Below, one piece after another: positions 19,540-30,564 of a stretch of 64,000 nucleotides of DNA. Position numbers and translations under genes: made by a program. Position 1 is the first letter of the stretch, and every line of letters begins with the position of its first letter. The DNA comes from Hormoscilla sp. Lineage in GTDB: Bacteria; Cyanobacteriota; Cyanobacteriia; Cyanobacteriales; Desertifilaceae. The stretch covers positions 1-64,000 of the forward strand of contig JBFRWI010000158.1 in the NCBI GenBank assembly GCA_051439505.1, written 5' to 3'. The notes beneath the pieces are model-generated. The model was not told the origin of the DNA. It did not search any database and worked only from the letters and a program-made list of their open reading frames with translations.

Positions 19540-19734
19540 TGAAACATTTCTCAAATAGGTGAGGTACACAAGTTTGGGATTTTAGGGAACAGGGAACAGC
19601 AGATCACCGGAACAGAGAACAGGGAAAAATACTGTACCTTATGTTAATGAGGTACAGTAAATAGCAGACAGCATAAGGAGTATAAGGGTTTCTGCCATTT
19701 TCCGCATATCACACTAATAAGAGCAAATGCTATA
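19540..19734. mobile_element. MITE related to 9261-9386 with internal (AGGGAAC)n heptamers
   Basis: CATTTCTCAAATAGGTGAGGTACA ... AAATGCTATA; GGGAACAGGGAACAG repeats inside. Confidence 0.55.
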
Positions 19735-19833
19735 AAAGAAATGCTCCCATTACAGATTTAAATTTTCCTTTCCCGGAAAAACCAGTCCTTGCCGTGACAG
19801 AATAAAAATAAGACAGATTCGGAGTTAGGATAA

Positions 19834-21684
19834 GTGACAACAAGCAACATAGTTCTAAAAATTGCCCTAAGTGATGCTGGTAAATTAGATACAAACAGAG
19901 CAGTAAAAAAGCTGTTCCAGCGAATATTTAAATATGTTTGGCAAAACAAGTTACCCTTCTTTGTCGCCTTAGTGGTAATTATTTGTCTGTCAATTATGCA
20001 GGCTCTCATTCCCCAGGTTACTCGCTACACGATTGACGTTGTTATCCCCACCAAACAATTGAATTTATTACCTTGGATAGCAGCCGCAATTTTTTTGATT
20101 TCCATCCTTACGGGGGTGCTTAATTACGCTCGCACCTATCTGATGTCTTTGTTTGGTGAAAGAATAATTGACAGCATCCGCAACGATATGTACAAACATA
20201 TTCAGGGACTATCAATTAGCTTTTTTGAAAATCAGCGGACGGGGGATTTAATGTCACGGCTGGCGAAAGATGTCAATGCAATTGGTACTTTAGTTACTAC
20301 TGACATTGCGGAAATTTTAGTAGATGCTTTCACCGTGATTGTCATTATTGTTTATCTGTTGACTGCTGATTGGCAATTGAGTCTACTGCTGTTTTTTACC
20401 TGGCCCCTGACGATTTATATGACGCAAGTTTTTGGCAAATTAATGCGGGGTGCTTACCGAAAGGTGGAACAGCAAGCCGCAGCGGTTAACAATCATCTCC
20501 AAGATACAATTTCCAATATTCAGGTCATCAAATCTTTTGGTAACGAACGGTACGAAATTGACCGTTTTTTTGAACAAAGCCGTAGCTATATGGAGGCAAA
20601 TATTCGCGCTACTCGTCTTTGGTCAATTTTCTTTCCGGTTATTGATGTCCTCAACAACATTGGGAGTGCGATAGTTTTGGTTTTCGGTTCCTGGGAAGTA
20701 ATAGTTGGTCGTCTGACTATTGGTGAACTAGCTGCTTTTTTAGCCTATATCAATCAAGTTAATAGACCAATCCGACGTTTTAGCAAAATGATTCAGCTCG
20801 TGCAAAGAGCGCTTGTTGGTTCGGAGCGAGTCTTTGAAATTTTGGAAATGGAACCAGAAGTAAAAGAAAAGGAAGATGCAGTTGTATTAACTTCCGTAGA
20901 AGGTAACCTGAAATTTGAAAATGTCGAGTTTGGTTATAAGGAAGGGGAGACAGTTTTGCATGACTTTACTCTGGAGATCAAACCGGGAATGACTGTGGCA
21001 TTAGTGGGTTCTTCTGGTGCGGGAAAAAGCACCGTGGCGAAACTAGCTGCTCGTTTTTACGACCCTCAAAAAGGGGAAATTTTAATTGCCGAACGCAATT
21101 TGCGGGATATCAGTTTGGAGTCTCTGCGATCGCACCTCGGAATTGTTTCCCAAGAAACTTTACTCCTTTACGGCACGGTACGAGATAATATTGCTTATGG
21201 CAAGATTGATGCTACGGATGCGGAAATTGAAGCCGCCGCTAAAGCAGCTAATGCCCATGATTTTATTATCAACTTTCCGGAGGGTTACAACTCAATAATT
21301 GGCGAACGCGGTGTGAAACTTTCGGGAGGACAAAGACAGCGTTTAGCTATTGCTCGCATTCTCCTTAAAAATCCCCAATTTGTCATCCTTGACGAAGCAA
21401 CTTCTGCTCTGGATACCGAGTCCGAACAACTCATCCAAGAGTCTTTGCAGCAACTATTAAAAGACCGCACAAGCTTAGTTATTGCTCACCGACTTTCCAC
21501 GATTGAAAAGGCAGATAAAATTGTTGTTTTAGAGTCCGGATGCATTTTGGAAACAGGAACGCACCCAGAATTAATTGCTAAAGGGGGAAGGTATGCTTCT
21601 CTGCACTCCCGGCAATTTCCGCAAAAATCCAGTCAGTTAGAACCACTAGACATTCAGGACAAAAAACTAGAATATGTTTCATAA
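19834..21684 (+). CDS. ABC exporter, fused permease/ATPase (MsbA/Sav1866-like)
   Basis: N-terminal TM domain, GSSGAGKST, LSGGQRQR, ILDEATSALD, IAHRLST. Confidence 0.93.
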   Translation: MTTSNIVLKIALSDAGKLDTNRAVKKLFQRIFKYVWQNKLPFFVALVVIICLSIMQALIPQVTRYTIDVVIPTKQLNLLPWIAAAIFLISILTGVLNYARTYLMSLFGERIIDSIRNDMYKHIQGLSISFFENQRTGDLMSRLAKDVNAIGTLVTTDIAEILVDAFTVIVIIVYLLTADWQLSLLLFFTWPLTIYMTQVFGKLMRGAYRKVEQQAAAVNNHLQDTISNIQVIKSFGNERYEIDRFFEQSRSYMEANIRATRLWSIFFPVIDVLNNIGSAIVLVFGSWEVIVGRLTIGELAAFLAYINQVNRPIRRFSKMIQLVQRALVGSERVFEILEMEPEVKEKEDAVVLTSVEGNLKFENVEFGYKEGETVLHDFTLEIKPGMTVALVGSSGAGKSTVAKLAARFYDPQKGEILIAERNLRDISLESLRSHLGIVSQETLLLYGTVRDNIAYGKIDATDAEIEAAAKAANAHDFIINFPEGYNSIIGERGVKLSGGQRQRLAIARILLKNPQFVILDEATSALDTESEQLIQESLQQLLKDRTSLVIAHRLSTIEKADKIVVLESGCILETGTHPELIAKGGRYASLHSRQFPQKSSQLEPLDIQDKKLEYVS

Positions 21685-22529
21685 CCATAACGGTTGAGGT
21701 AATCGCTAGTTATTGTTTCAATTGTTTCTAATTCTTGGTCGGTAAAACATCCTTGTTTCTGCCACTGTTGAATTAATTCCGGGTTAAAGGGGGTTTGGGT
21801 GTGGGGATGAATGTCTTTAGTCACCCCCAGCAAGCGGGAACCCCCTTTGTTTAGTTCGTAAAAATTCAACATCTGCTTGTCGAAGGAAATATCCAAAAAG
21901 GCGCATATTTGGCTGCAAACTTTTTCTGGTGCTAAAATCAGGTTTTCATAACGGACTACGAATACAGCTTCGGGAAAGTTTTCCTTCATTTCCCAGATCC
22001 CCTGACCGCGACTTTGGCAAATTGTTGCTGCTTCTCCTAGAGATTTTACAAAATATATATTATCGAGCATTGAGCGAACTATATCTCTGGGGTCTCTGAC
22101 AATATAGATAAATCGAGCATCGGGGAAGACTTTTTGGGTATAATCTGTATAAGGTTTCTTAGCGTAACAGCCTTTTTTGTTGCCTAGATAGTCTGTACCG
22201 CTATTGTTTTGGCAAGCAAAAAAATTAAAGAGAGAGTCAAGAAGCTGACTGATGGTTAAGTCGGTTTCCCAGGAAACGGTGGCGATAAATTGGTCGAGGT
22301 TAAAATTTGGCCAACTGTTTAGTTTTTTGTCCGATCGCATTAAGGCGATCGCCACCTCTTTCTGTTCTCGATTTAACTGTTTGGTAGTAAAATTTTTGGC
22401 AAATAATTGCTCAATAAAAAGCGTTTCGGGCGTTACGGTAATCTGGGGATGTGCAGACAAAACTAGCTGTAGCAAGGTTGTTCCCGAGCGCGGCGCACCG
22501 GAGACAAACAAATGATTACTTTCTTTCAT
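21654..22529 (-). CDS. Sulfotransferase
   Basis: SGAPRSGTTLL, PET, IVRDPRD..S, VRYENL. Confidence 0.88.
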   Translation of the reverse strand: MKESNHLFVSGAPRSGTTLLQLVLSAHPQITVTPETLFIEQLFAKNFTTKQLNREQKEVAIALMRSDKKLNSWPNFNLDQFIATVSWETDLTISQLLDSLFNFFACQNNSGTDYLGNKKGCYAKKPYTDYTQKVFPDARFIYIVRDPRDIVRSMLDNIYFVKSLGEAATICQSRGQGIWEMKENFPEAVFVVRYENLILAPEKVCSQICAFLDISFDKQMLNFYELNKGGSRLLGVTKDIHPHTQTPFNPELIQQWQKQGCFTDQELETIETITSDYLNRYGYETYSSFLS

Positions 22530-23311
22530 ACCTCATAACCATAAAAAACTGACAGACTTTCTTTCATTATACAATTGAGATAATCAATATCGGCTGTACT
22601 CAAGTTGTCTTTAAATCCACCTACTTTACCTCTGCGAGTTTTGTAAGAGTTGATATCTCCAGGATCTACCGCACTGATGCGCGGCGAATTAAATTTATTT
22701 TCAACTTCCATTTTGCGCATATTCTCAAAACTAGCATATTCTCCTGCTTCTGCAATCAAATCGTCGGCAATTTCTGGTAAACCTAAGAAATGTAACATCC
22801 GACGCAATTCTTTTTGGCGATCGCGATGGATATCTTCATAGCGAACCAGTAAAAAATCTTGGGGTACCTCTCGATTTTCTGCCCAGATATTATAAAAAAC
22901 GATAAGTGTGGCGAAACTACCATTCTCTTCGCGAATAAATTCCGATAAACTACCGTCATAAGCTTGGCGACGTTTGGTTTTCTGGTAATAGTTAGAGACG
23001 ATCGCATCTCTGGGATCTCGGACTAAAAAAATTACCCGTTTGTCTTGATATTCAGCTTTTGAGGTTACCAACTCATCCGGTTTTTTCCATTGCGGTTTGT
23101 CGTCGTGGGATACACAAATGTTGGGAATATCGGGATGTAATTCTCTAAAATTGTCTAGTTAGAAAATATTAGCATCCTTTAACTTAAAGTGCATTTGTAA
23201 AACTCTTCCTAACATCAATCGCAGCCAAGTTCGACCGCATTTAGGAAATGAAATAAGGAAAAAATCAGACTCTTTTTTCGCTTTCAATCGTTTTTCTTTC
23301 TCTGGTGTCAT
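22526..23311 (-). pseudogene. Sulfotransferase domain protein interrupted by one in-frame stop
   Basis: ATG 23311 gives MTPEK...ISFPKCGRTWLRLM...DANIF, TAA at 23161-23159, then continues in frame LDNFRELHP...ELVTSKAEY into the tracked 181-aa ORF (RDPRD, RRGKVG). Confidence 0.85.
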
Positions 23312-23371
23312 TGTCCGTTATTGTACTACTAATAAAATATTGAAAATAAATACTAGAGAAATAGTTGGCGA

Positions 23372-23539
23372 TCAAAAGGCATCTTCTTCACCAACATATG
23401 GCCATAAACGAGTTGCTCCCATAGCTTTTCCTGGGCTTGTATCGTGGAGCGCTATGATGGCCCTTAAATCTACCTTTCGATCCTGATAAAATAATACTTG
23501 CTCGTGACCCATTTCTGCAATCGTTTCAAACAGTTTCAT
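23372..23539 (-). pseudogene. N-terminal stub of a Glu/Leu/Phe/Val dehydrogenase (ScyB/tryptophan dehydrogenase-like)
   Basis: Manual translation MKLFETIAEMGHEQVLFYQDRKVDLRAIIALHDTSPGKAMGATRLWPYVGEEDAF* (55 aa); starts 17 nt after the GT1 stop; no continuation found. Confidence 0.8.
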
Positions 23540-23555
23540 ACAGATATCCTCATAT

Positions 23556-24815
23556 CTAATAATTTGGTAAATGGCGATGGAAAATTTCTACTGCCCTGGC
23601 GACGCCATCTTCTGAACGAATCTTTTCCCCTAAAACACGAGCGCGATCCTTCATATCTTCATCACCGGTGGCAGTGCGAATTGCAGCAACTAATTTCTCT
23701 GCTGTTAAGTCTTTGCGTGGGATCTGCGACGTACCAACACCCAAGGAAGCCACCCTTCGCCCCCAAAAAGGTTGATCTACAGCAAAAGGAACAATTATTG
23801 ATGGTACGCCAGCCCGCAAAACCGCTGCCGTTGTACCAACACCACCATGATGAACTACTGCCGCCATTTGGGGAAACAGCCAATCATGGGGAACTGAATC
23901 AATCTTGAAGACATTATCCGGTAAATCGATATTACTCAAACCTCCCCATCCTGTTAACAGAATACCTCGCTGTCCAGTCTGAGTCAAAGCATTCAACACC
24001 AATTGAGTTAGTGCTTTTGCTTCCAGATCGCTCATACTGCCGAAGCCAATAGATATTGGGGGCGAACCAGCGGCTATGAAATCTACCAGTTCTTTTGGGG
24101 GTTGCCAGTCTGAAGGCCGATCTAAAAACCAGTATCCCGTGACATATGCCCGAGAGAGCCAATCATCAGGCTTTGGAATCACGCTAGGACTGAAGCAATG
24201 GAGGAGGGGAAGTTGTTGCTTTTGCTGCTGAGAATATAGACCTGTAATGGGAACTGCAGGTAATTTGAGAATTTCCTCTCGGCAGCGATTAATTATTTTT
24301 CGAGTCAATTGCCAACGGAATTGTTCTTCAAAAACATAAGTCAGCCTGTTGTTGAGTCCTCCCAAATTGAAAGTTGATGTATGCAGTGGGTGAGGAAAAG
24401 CACGAGTAGGAGTAATTGGATTTTTATAAGCTGCGTAGCAAGGAACGCCTAATTTTTCAGCAATATGATATCCAGGCAGTGCTAGGGTAGAATAAATGAT
24501 TGCTTGTGTATCCTGAGAGCAATGGAAAGCATCAGTCATCATCTGTTCAACAGTGGAGCCAACAATACGCCAAAGAATGGCTTTTTTCGCCAAAGCTGAC
24601 TTCTTCCTACTGGTTTGTTCGTTAAACTGTTTTACCCATTCTTGAGGGTTGTCTCCCACTGGCGCAAAGTCTAAACCTCGGGTCTTAACAAAGTCCTTGA
24701 ATATAGGATTGCTAGCTAGTTGCACTTTGTGACCAGCTGATTGTAAACCCAGCCCTAGAGCAATGAAAGGTTGTACGTCACCTCGCGTTCCAACTGCTAA
24801 AATCGTAATTCGCAT
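23556..24815 (-). CDS. Family 1 (GT-B) glycosyltransferase, sterol/aglycone glucosyltransferase-like
   Basis: GTRGDVQP, GFGSM, VPHDWLFP, HHGG.GT, DQPFWG. Confidence 0.9.
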   Translation of the reverse strand: MRITILAVGTRGDVQPFIALGLGLQSAGHKVQLASNPIFKDFVKTRGLDFAPVGDNPQEWVKQFNEQTSRKKSALAKKAILWRIVGSTVEQMMTDAFHCSQDTQAIIYSTLALPGYHIAEKLGVPCYAAYKNPITPTRAFPHPLHTSTFNLGGLNNRLTYVFEEQFRWQLTRKIINRCREEILKLPAVPITGLYSQQQKQQLPLLHCFSPSVIPKPDDWLSRAYVTGYWFLDRPSDWQPPKELVDFIAAGSPPISIGFGSMSDLEAKALTQLVLNALTQTGQRGILLTGWGGLSNIDLPDNVFKIDSVPHDWLFPQMAAVVHHGGVGTTAAVLRAGVPSIIVPFAVDQPFWGRRVASLGVGTSQIPRKDLTAEKLVAAIRTATGDEDMKDRARVLGEKIRSEDGVARAVEIFHRHLPNY

Positions 24816-24961
24816 ATTCTATTTTGAGATAAACCACATAAACATCAGTTGTCAGTTGTTAATTTGTAATTTTCAGCGCCACTTTTTATAGTAGGCGATC
24901 CTGTCAGAGAGCAAAAATACTTATAAATCTCTCTGGACCTAGTCTCAAATATCTTTTTTTA

Positions 24962-26254
24962 CTAACTACTCTCTAAAATTTTCTGATTTGACTTTTTAAC
25001 TTTAGAAAGCCAAGCTTTAGCAGAATAAAAAATTTCTGAATAAGGAACTGTCGTTTCTGCTATTAAATCTAAAAAAAATGGTGCGAAAAACTGGGGGAAA
25101 AGCTTGTTCATTGTTCTAGCGAACTTACGCCTTAAAATCAATTGCACGAATAATGTCTTAGATATAGGAAAACTGTTCTCCGCCAGGTTCTTCAAGGCAT
25201 TGCCATCTCGTCCCCTGCGATCTGTAAACTGTGGTATCGCCTTAGTATAGTCATCATCATACTCATCCAAAATGCGATCGAACACAATTGCATCTTCTAA
25301 GGCTGAATTGCAACCTTGAGCTATAGTTGGGGGTACGGCATGGGCAGCATCTCCAACTATCAATACACTATCACCGTGATGATAACGATTGCAGCGAATT
25401 GTCACGAAGCTCCATACTGGCCTTTGTACAAAAGCTTCCGCTTCTGATTCGGAGAGTAGCTTGGCAACTTCTGGAAAATTTTGTTCAAAAAATTTCCTTA
25501 CCTCTGACTTACTAGAAAGACCGATTACTTGATTGTTTTTGTGGTTAAAAACCAGACCGCAACTTAGGGTATTGTCGCGCTGAGGCACTGCCAATAATCG
25601 CGTTCCATCGTCTAATTTCCATGAATGTAGCTTGTTTGGTTCTAAGTTAATTCCTAACTTCTCATTAACTCGCGATAAGTATACTGTTTTGTAGACATCA
25701 TGAATATAACTTTGTTCAAACTCGAACCTTGCTGTATTTAAAAAGTGAGATCTTACTACCGATCGCACCCCATCAGCACCGATCAAGACATCATAGTCAA
25801 CAGTAATTTGCTCTTCTGTTTCTTTGATAAATTTTACTTTTTTCTGTTTAAGATCTACCCCGGTACATTGGTAATTAAAGTAAATGTTGACTTGGCTGTT
25901 TTTATCTTTTTCTTTCAGCGTCTCTAAAAGAGTAGTTACCAGTTGGTTACGGTCAACAGTAAGTATTGATTTTCTTCTTTGTAATTCCTGCGGCTTGCTG
26001 TTTTTTGAATAATTAATCATTCCCATGTTTTCGAGTCCATGAGATTTTACCGCATCCTCTAATTCGATATTCCTTAAAGCGTTCAATCCTCTTTCAGAAA
26101 GGAGAAGGGGGAAAGTTCTGTATTTAGAGAAAGATATTTTTCGGGGATCTGGGCGGCTATCATAGATGTCGATTTGGTATTGACCGCGACGTAACAAATA
26201 ATGAGCAAGTAAGGAACCGGCTGGCCCAGCACCAACGATTGTAACTTTTATCAT
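24962..26254 (-). CDS. FAD-dependent monooxygenase (kynurenine 3-monooxygenase-like aromatic hydroxylase)
   Basis: IVGAGPAG, IGADG.RS.VR, VGDAAH...P..AQGCN.ALED; start at ATG 26254 preceded by AAGGGAG. Confidence 0.85.
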   Translation of the reverse strand: MIKVTIVGAGPAGSLLAHYLLRRGQYQIDIYDSRPDPRKISFSKYRTFPLLLSERGLNALRNIELEDAVKSHGLENMGMINYSKNSKPQELQRRKSILTVDRNQLVTTLLETLKEKDKNSQVNIYFNYQCTGVDLKQKKVKFIKETEEQITVDYDVLIGADGVRSVVRSHFLNTARFEFEQSYIHDVYKTVYLSRVNEKLGINLEPNKLHSWKLDDGTRLLAVPQRDNTLSCGLVFNHKNNQVIGLSSKSEVRKFFEQNFPEVAKLLSESEAEAFVQRPVWSFVTIRCNRYHHGDSVLIVGDAAHAVPPTIAQGCNSALEDAIVFDRILDEYDDDYTKAIPQFTDRRGRDGNALKNLAENSFPISKTLFVQLILRRKFARTMNKLFPQFFAPFFLDLIAETTVPYSEIFYSAKAWLSKVKKSNQKILESS

Positions 26255-26879
26255 AAAAACTCCCTTGACATTCCAATCATGTAATAGTTTCCTGACAAGA
26301 TTACTGCGCAAGGACTTGCTACTGGTCTTTGTAGCAGAGTTCGAGCGCCTATCTCTATAGGTGTGGCCCGAGCAGTAACATTTTTTATGATTCTGCTTTG
26401 ATCTCAACCTCGTCAAATAGCACTTTAACATAAATAAAGAACAGAAACAAAAAAATTTACTTACTTTAACAATTTTTTGCTCTTCGCGAAATGGTATGCT
26501 AAATCCCTCTTCATAGCTTCAAACCCATGATACCCATGATATACCTAGATTTGATGTTTTTATCAAACAGGATCTGCGGCAAAAGCAAAGCGCAGGTGTT
26601 GAAACCCCCATGGCTAAAGGGTTTCAGGTATATTAGCTATAAGGGGGATGTCCAAGTAAATAATCATCCTCCAAGATTATCCAGTAGTTACGCAAGCTTC
26701 TGTACAGCGCGAGGGGCGTGAGCCATTAATCTGGTACCGGCTAGAATGACAACCGATATCGCTAACCGAGAAGTGTTGCCACAGGGCCAGAGCATGAAAG
26801 CGGGAAATGAGTAGAAGAACGATTTTCCGTAAAAACACAGATTGCCAAATTTGTCAAGCATAATGGACCGACGTTACCG

Positions 26880-27090
26880 ACGCTCTAGGGTACGGCAGTA
26901 ACCTGACATGAAAAAAACAAGAGCATTTCGTCGAAAACGTCTTGGGTGTCCCATCTCCCAAGGGAGTTTAGCCAAGATGCACCGGTTGTTTACAGAAAGT
27001 TTGGAGCCAAGTTATCAACAGTAGCTCGCCTATGTATGTACAACAACCCGGTGTACAGTGTGTAGACGAGACCACTTGGATCTCCTGGAT
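26880..27090 (+). pseudogene. Degraded IS66-family transposase fragment
   Basis: Manual translation across stops and frameshifts: GYGSNLT*KKQEHFVENVLGV / ISQGSLAKMHRLFTESLEPSYQQ* / VQQPGVQCVDETTW (DET motif). Confidence 0.6.
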
Positions 27091-27232
27091 TTTGGGAGTA
27101 TTTATGTCCCCAAAAAGGCTAAAAGCCTTGATTAAGCGTATATATAAGTAAAACTTATCACCAAAATCCAAGGAGACCCGTTCAAATTACCGTTAGAGAT
27201 AAGTAATACAAACTACGAACTACGAACTACTT

Positions 27233-28582
27233 ATGACGATCCAGTTCGAGCGTATTAATCAACCAGCGACAGTAGCCAAAGGAATGCGTGTCTTCACACT
27301 GCTGTGGTTGGGGTTGATAACTTCCCAGGTTGGTTCGGGTCTGACAAGTTTTGCTCTGGATGTTTGGGTCTATCAACACACTGGCTCAGTCACCCAATTT
27401 GCCCTGCTCACGATTTGTATAGCCTTACCGCGTGTATTGATTTCCCCCATTGCGGGAACCTTGGTGGACCGGTGGAGCCGCCGCTGGACTATGTTGATAA
27501 GCAACATCTTCTCTGGCCTATGTATATTATGTGTTGGTTTATTATATATGGGATCACGCCTGGAAATCTGGCATATATACCTGGCTACAGCAGGGTTTTC
27601 CACCTTTATGGGCTTCCATTTGCCCGCTTTTAAAGCCTCAATTACACTGATGGTTCCTAAAGAACAGCTAAGTCGTGCAAGTGGTATGACTGAAATGGGG
27701 AATGCTATCACGCATTTGATCTCACCCGCCTTGGGAGGAGTCTTGTTAGGGCTTATACAACTTAAAGGAGTCATTGCACTAGACTTGTCCACACTGTTGT
27801 TTGCGCTTATTCCCCTGATTGTGTTTCGGCTTCCAGAAGTTGACTCCAAAGAGGTAAGAAATGATGAAGAGAAGCAACCTCTGATTAATGATACTGTCGA
27901 AGGCTGGACTTATCTTGCCCGGCGACCGGGACTGGTAGGTCTGATTGTGCTTAAAGCTAGCTACATTCTGATGCTCGAATGCATTGTAGTGCTATTTACA
28001 CCATTAATGATCACATTAACCACGCCGACTAGATTCGGTGTCATATCGTCGATCGCGGGCTTGGGAATGTTTGCAGGAAGTCTGTTTTTGGGTATTTGGG
28101 ACAACCGTCAACAGCACTTTATCGATACGATCGTGGTGTGCTCGCTCCTCAGCGGATTTGCCATGATATGCGGTGGCGCAAGTTCCTCTCTTTTACTATT
28201 TACAATTTCAATTTTCTGTATTGCCTTAACAGTGCCATTGGTCAACGGTTTGAGTCAGGTACTCTTTCAAAGAAAGGTCACCCCTGAGATTCAGGGAAGA
28301 GTTTTTGCAGTCAATAATATGTTCATGGGTGTAGCCCCTCCCTTTGCTGCTGTAGCCATAGGTCCAATGGTTGACTATATTTTTGAACCACGTTTGAACT
28401 TTAATGGCGACTGGGCAGATAGTATCATCGGACAGATAATTGGCTCCGGTCCGGGTCGGGGAATTGGTTTTACGTTCATCCTGATAGGAATACTGATGAT
28501 TATCATAACGGTTACTGCCTACCAGTACACTCCCCTCAGATTGCTCGAAAGTGAATTGCCCGATGCCGACGATGTAGTTTAA
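27233..28582 (+). CDS. MFS transporter (DHA3/macrolide-efflux-like)
   Basis: About 12 hydrophobic segments, motif A G.LVDRWSRR, QGRVFA, terminal E.ELPD. Confidence 0.9.
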   Translation: MTIQFERINQPATVAKGMRVFTLLWLGLITSQVGSGLTSFALDVWVYQHTGSVTQFALLTICIALPRVLISPIAGTLVDRWSRRWTMLISNIFSGLCILCVGLLYMGSRLEIWHIYLATAGFSTFMGFHLPAFKASITLMVPKEQLSRASGMTEMGNAITHLISPALGGVLLGLIQLKGVIALDLSTLLFALIPLIVFRLPEVDSKEVRNDEEKQPLINDTVEGWTYLARRPGLVGLIVLKASYILMLECIVVLFTPLMITLTTPTRFGVISSIAGLGMFAGSLFLGIWDNRQQHFIDTIVVCSLLSGFAMICGGASSSLLLFTISIFCIALTVPLVNGLSQVLFQRKVTPEIQGRVFAVNNMFMGVAPPFAAVAIGPMVDYIFEPRLNFNGDWADSIIGQIIGSGPGRGIGFTFILIGILMIIITVTAYQYTPLRLLESELPDADDVV

Positions 28583-28734
28583 TTGAAACCTACATTCCGC
28601 ACGACAACTGTACTATACCTTAAAATACCCAAAAACTTATATATATACCAGATAGGCTCTCAACCCTGGTTCTGTGAGTATAGGTAAAAACTTCACCCGC
28701 GGAACGTTCATGTTTTCTTTATTCCCTCTTGCTA

Positions 28735-30564
28735 TTAGTTTTCCTGATGATAGTAGGTTTTCCTGATTGTAGTCCCGATGTCAAAATTTGGGGCAATGCT
28801 CAACTCCTCAATGTTCCAGAATGGTCCACCATTTGCTGAAAATTTAATATTCTGTACCCGATCGCGCACCGCCTGCATATATAGTTGATTCACCAGGAAA
28901 AACACGGGTAACTGTTCGGCGACTATTTGCTGAAATCTGCCGTAAATCTGCTGGCGTTTGTTCTCATCCAGTTCGGCGGCTCCCGCCGCGAACAGACTGT
29001 CTATCTCTCGTTCCCAGTCTGAAACTAGCCAACCGGAGATCGGGGGTTGTCCTGGTTGAGGGCCAAGGTTAAAGGCATGAAATGGACCGCCACTAGACCA
29101 TAACGAGGATAGCAGATGAGGTTCAACATCCGCACCAAAAGCACCAAAACTAATTGCAACCGATTCCCACTTTCTGGTAGCCAAAAGACTTCTGAGGACC
29201 AGGTTTAAGTTGAGTACCTGTAAATCCACTTTTATGCCAATATGATCCAGATTTTCTTTAATCTGAACTGCCGTGTCGATCATCATGTTATCCCCTGACC
29301 CGACCATCATAGTAAATTGTACCTGATTTCCGTCCCAATCCAATAGTTGTTGTTGCCCATTGTACTGAAACCCAGCCTGACGCAGCAGTTTTTTTGCCTT
29401 CTGAGGATCGTAGTTATACAGCTTTAACTCTTCCAGATAATAAGGGCTTTGCACGGGAATAGGCGAAATTTGGACTTCACTCAGTCCCCGATAAATATTG
29501 TTTTTCATCCGTTCGCGATCGATCGCATAGGCAACAGCTTGCCTAAAAGCTAAGTTGTTGAACCAGCGAGACTTGATTGGGTCTACCAAAGGCTCGCCGT
29601 CAGTATTGCGACCTCGATTGAGATTGAAACTCAAAACGCGAAAACCAATCGACGGTCCGCCATTATAAATGGTATATTTTCCTCGTTTTGACTCTCGTTT
29701 CAGTAACCTAAAAGCCTCCGGGTTCACATTGATACTATCCAATGATCCAGAGCGGAATTTTATCAACTGGTTATCAGTAGAGGAGATGATTTGTATCACC
29801 AGGCGATCGATGTAGGGCATGGGATTTCCCCGATCGTCTTTTTGCCAGTAATAGGGGTTCCGTTCCAAGACTACCCGTTCTCCTGGTCTGTAGCTGACGA
29901 GGCGGTAGGGACCGTTGCTAATAATGTTTTTGGGATCTGTGGAAGTTCCCCACATGTAAATAAATTGAGGCTTTCCCTGACTATCGAGCGATCGCACGGA
30001 GTCCTGCAAAGCATGAGCGGGCATAATTGCCATTTTTGTCATGTATCTCACAAAGGGGGCAAAGGGTTCGGGTAAGATAAACTCAACTCGGCGATCGTCT
30101 AGTTTCCGCACCGTTGGGAAAGTGCTGCCAATACGCAGAAAATCTCGATATACAGTAGGGATTTTGGGATTCAGATAAATTTCCTTAAAGGTAAAGACTA
30201 CATCATCTGCCGTGAGGGGTTCTCCATCTGACCATTTTAGTCCTGGGCGTAGGGTAAAGGTAATTCGTCTTCCCCGATCGTCACCAAACACCCAGGACTC
30301 AGCCAGTGCGGGTTCCAACTCGGCAGTGATGCCATTTTCAGCCACTAATCCTTCGTAAATGTAACGAAAAGGATCGTAGAGCGTTTTATCGATAGGTAAG
30401 TTAAAAGTGCTGGGGCCCCTGGACTTGACTAATACTAATTGATCACCCTGATTTACCTCGGTTGTCAGGCTACAACCGCCTATGAAAATTAACAGACAAG
30501 ACAAGGCCTAGGGAACTAGGAGGCGCAAAGGTCGAACCACAGCGGTGTTGAAATTCAAAGACAT
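28735..30564 (-). CDS. Family 5 ABC substrate-binding lipoprotein (OppA/DppA-like); probable nonsense lesion in the signal peptide
   Basis: PALAESW, LKWSDG, GPY, NPYYW, FRQAVAYAIDR; ATG 30564 is in frame but TAG at 30510-30508 precedes the lipobox IGGC (tracked ORF starts at TTG 30504). Confidence 0.8.

Noticed and set aside
6755..23539. Scytonemin cluster (ALS-like gene plus ScyB-like stub)
   Set aside because: The ThDP enzyme fits 2-OG decarboxylase by context, the ScyB-like gene is a distant 55-aa stub, and scyC-F are absent
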